Positions 61,739 to 64,000 of a stretch of 64,000 nt of DNA are shown here, one piece after another; within the stretch, counting starts at the first letter, position 1; the number at the start of each line of letters is the position of its first letter. The stretch comes from a virus (taxonomy: Duplodnaviria; Heunggongvirae; Uroviricota; Caudoviricetes): IMG/VR virus record IMGVR_UViG_3300037471_001733, positions 22,201 through 86,200 of that record; one strand, 5' to 3'. The notes below the pieces were generated by a model. That model did no database searches and was not told the DNA's origin. It saw only the letters and a program-made list of their open reading frames with translations. The position numbers and the translations under genes are program-made.

Positions 61739-62237
61739 CAACTTCCCCGACACCCCTACCCTGCGCGACGAGTTCGCTCTGCACGCCCCCATTGATTTCA
61801 ACGCGGCGCTGCGCCTATGGGGCGATGCGGACGCTGACTTGGTCAACGACGCGAACCGGGTCACGTTCATGATGCTCTGGGCGATGCACCGGTACGACTA
61901 CGCCGACGCCATGCTGGCTCAGCGCGACGAGCCACAGCGTGAGCCCGGGCAGCCGTTGCCATCCGGTGAGGACCGGCGCCTGGACCGCAAGCTGGTGACG
62001 CTCGACTTCTGGGACTACCGCGTCACGAAGCCTCTGGCCACCGCCGGCATCGAGACCCTGCGACAGCTGCTGGCGCTGGACATCTACCAGCTCGACGCCA
62101 TCAAGGGCATCGGGCCGGACGGGCTGCGCGACATCATCGACCGGCTCAACCGCGAGGGGCTGCGCCTGGCGCCAAAGGCAGCGCCAGCATTCGTGGACGA
62201 TGCGCCTGGGATCGGCGAAGAGACGATTGGGGGCTGA
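61728..62237 (+). CDS. Helix-hairpin-helix protein (alpha-CTD-like); domain paralog of 40299-40820
   Basis: LDIYQLDAIKGIGPDGLRDIIDRLNREGL. Confidence 0.45.
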   Translation: MTDSNFPDTPTLRDEFALHAPIDFNAALRLWGDADADLVNDANRVTFMMLWAMHRYDYADAMLAQRDEPQREPGQPLPSGEDRRLDRKLVTLDFWDYRVTKPLATAGIETLRQLLALDIYQLDAIKGIGPDGLRDIIDRLNREGLRLAPKAAPAFVDDAPGIGEETIGG

Positions 62238-62239
62238 TC

Positions 62240-62425
62240 ATGTTCTGGAATGCACTTCTGCTAGTAGTGTTCTGCGTCGCGCTGCCGATTTTCGCTGGCA
62301 TGCTGAGAGAGGGAGCATCCCCGAAAGAGCTTGGCCAATTCGTGACCTCGCAATGGGGCATGACCATCTTCTTCCCGATTGGGATGGTCCTGTTCGTGAT
62401 TTGGCTGCTTGAGTACAGGCCTTGA
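62240..62425 (+). CDS. Small two-TM membrane protein
   Basis: 61 aa. Confidence 0.4.
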   Translation: MFWNALLLVVFCVALPIFAGMLREGASPKELGQFVTSQWGMTIFFPIGMVLFVIWLLEYRP

Positions 62426-62555
62426 GTGCACCGACCACCGGCTGGCCGCCGCCCGCGCTGGCGCAGGACGACTGCTTTGAGCTTTTCCGGTGGTTCGCGT
62501 CCAAGCCTGACGCGCGGCGGCTGGTGCGCGAGCACTGCGCGCGCATCGCTGCGAA

Positions 62556-62957
62556 TCAGGGGCGCGCCTTGCGCTCAATGTCCTCAGCCGTTTCCGGCCG
62601 GCGCGCGATCCAGCCCTGCGGCTCGTCGTGCTCGCTGACAGTGGGTTTCGCGGGCAGGGATTCGCCCGGGGCGGTTGGGGCCGGCATCCAGTGCGTGACG
62701 TTGAACATTTCATAGCCGCAGCTCATCCACTGGCCGTCGATGTAGAGGCCCAGCAGCTTGCGCGTCGGGTTGCGCAGGTCGGGCGAATAGAAGATCACGT
62801 CCTCGCGGTCCACCGGCAGCCGCTCGCTGACCGGAATCCAAGGTTCCGGCTGCGTCTGCGGGGCGGCGGCCAGCACGCTTTCCGCCCAATCCAGCAGCTT
62901 CAGTTCGTCCGCGTAGAACAGTTCGACGGACAGCTTCGGAAGCGTCGGTGTAGTCAT
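62556..62957 (-). CDS. DUF551-like phage protein
   Basis: GLYIDGQWMSCGYEMFNVTHWMPAPTAP. Confidence 0.5.
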   Translation of the reverse strand: MTTPTLPKLSVELFYADELKLLDWAESVLAAAPQTQPEPWIPVSERLPVDREDVIFYSPDLRNPTRKLLGLYIDGQWMSCGYEMFNVTHWMPAPTAPGESLPAKPTVSEHDEPQGWIARRPETAEDIERKARP

Positions 62958-62986
62958 TGGTACTCCAGAAAATCAGATTCGTGGGC

Positions 62987-63484
62987 TTATCTGATGGTTA
63001 TTTCCGCGCTTTTCAGCATGGCGCGCAGTTCTTCAACCTCGATCCGGCAGGTTTGCTCCGGCGGTCGGCCTTGCCCGGTTTCTCTGAAGTGAATGGCGCT
63101 CTCCATAGCGGTGAGGCACCGTTGAGCAAGGTCGTGCCAGCCTTGCGGCTCCGGCTGCGCCTGCGGGGCGGCGGCCAGGATTGCGATGGCGGCCTCCACC
63201 CGGTCGTCGGGGTACTGGGTGGTGTCACGCAGCTTGGCCTCCGCTTCCAGCGCACGGCGCTTCCAGTCCAGCAAATCCTCCCGGGCGCCTTCGTAGGCGT
63301 CGCGGAAGTCGTTGGGCTGCGCCTGCGGGGCGGCGTCCTCCAGTTCCCGTAGCGCCGAAATCATCGCGGCGCGGGCCTCGTTGGTGGCGGCGTCGGACCA
63401 CGCGCCGGCATTGCCTGCCCGCCACTTGGCTTCAGCGTAGGTGTCCAGCAGGGCAATCAGCTTGTTGGTGGTGGGTCGGTTCAT
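62987..63484 (-). CDS. Hypothetical protein sharing a LAAAPQAQPEP repeat with 62556-62957
   Basis: 165 aa; the DNA 27-mer GGCTGCGCCTGCGGGGCGGCGGCCAG occurs three times across the two genes. Confidence 0.45.
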   Translation of the reverse strand: MNRPTTNKLIALLDTYAEAKWRAGNAGAWSDAATNEARAAMISALRELEDAAPQAQPNDFRDAYEGAREDLLDWKRRALEAEAKLRDTTQYPDDRVEAAIAILAAAPQAQPEPQGWHDLAQRCLTAMESAIHFRETGQGRPPEQTCRIEVEELRAMLKSAEITIR

Positions 63485-63559
63485 GGTTCGTAATCCAGAT
63501 AATTTGACGTAGGGCTAGGGTAGTTAAGGACCTCTTATCTCAAATAAGAAAAATCGTGT

Positions 63560-64000
63560 TCAAGTCGGGAAGGCGGTGTGCTCCACGCCATCCAGCAGGC
63601 GGCCGGCGGCCTTCTTGCCAACGTGGATTGCCGTGTCGCCGTCAGGCAGCGAGCGGCAGCGCACGGTCGGCCCGTAGACCTGGGCCAGCCGCTGCACTTC
63701 GCTCGCATCGCTGCCAGCACCCAGCCATTCTCCCCACTGCTTGAACAGGAACGGCACGCCGGCAGCTGCGCATTGGTCGCGCAGATCTCGGGCCCACTGC
63801 AGGTGCATCGGCCGCGCCTTCGGGCCGCTCTCGCCGCCGACGATGACCCAGCTGATGAGCGACAGCATCGCGGCGCTGGCACCGCTCTCCCCCCAGGGGC
63901 GCACTGTCCGCCGCAGGTCTACCGGTCCCAGCAGAGGCTCCATGGACAGGAACCGCACGCGCGCTGGCGTGGCCAGCAGCTTCGGCGCGTCGCGGTCGGC
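63560..64000 (-). CDS. Phage Gp37/Gp68-family protein (partial; N-terminus beyond the window)
   Basis: EPLLGPVDL...WVIVGGESGPKARPMHLQWARDLRDQCAAAGVPFLFKQWG. Confidence 0.6.
   Translation of the reverse strand, partial: ADRDAPKLLATPARVRFLSMEPLLGPVDLRRTVRPWGESGASAAMLSLISWVIVGGESGPKARPMHLQWARDLRDQCAAAGVPFLFKQWGEWLGAGSDASEVQRLAQVYGPTVRCRSLPDGDTAIHVGKKAAGRLLDGVEHTAFPT

Larger units (their letters stand above)
1..64000. mobile_element. Lambdoid-type prophage with HK97-like head module; both ends outside window
   Basis: Contiguous phage modules: terminase/portal/ClpP protease/HK97 capsid, O-like plus DnaC-like replication genes, divergent CI/Cro-like HTH pair, RecT/YqaJ. No integrase or att seen. 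Confidence 0.8.

Overview
The whole 64-kb window is high-GC (about 65%) DNA from a lambdoid-type prophage. Both prophage ends lie outside the window, and no integrase, attachment site or lysis cassette was recognised. A betaproteobacterial (Burkholderiales-like) host is a guess from GC content only.

Layout:
- 117-14214, minus strand: the morphogenetic module. In transcription order it is HNH endonuclease, P27-family small terminase, large terminase, HK97-type portal, ClpP-like prohead protease, HK97-fold major capsid protein, then an unusual eight-gene cluster (a right-handed beta-helix protein, a 561-aa repeat protein and several proteins with no recognisable family), then the gp6-like head-tail connector and the head-tail adaptor.
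- 14272-16190: a tRNA-like element, a second HNH/zinc-finger endonuclease, and a 750-bp GC-rich non-coding repeat region.
- 16189-22956: a self-contained regulatory module with divergent operons driven by promoters that each carry the same palindromic operator (TGTAG-N9-CTACA). An XRE-family HTH gene at the distal end carries a third copy in its own promoter.
- 23400-24300: a low-GC island.
- 24307-44610, minus strand: the early/replication arm, with a Cro-like regulator, an O-like initiator, a DnaC-like loader, HNH_3 and Lar-like proteins, an SPFH lipoprotein cluster and many small genes.
- 44686-62425, plus strand: a CI-like repressor followed, after a terminator and a promoter, by RecT/YqaJ recombination genes, a 7-deazaguanine cluster (DpdA-like candidate, queC, queE, queD), rdgC and small genes.

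All calls come from reading the translated ORFs and DNA motifs by eye. Start codons were adjusted where a ribosome-binding site or stop/start overlap was visible. No database search was run.
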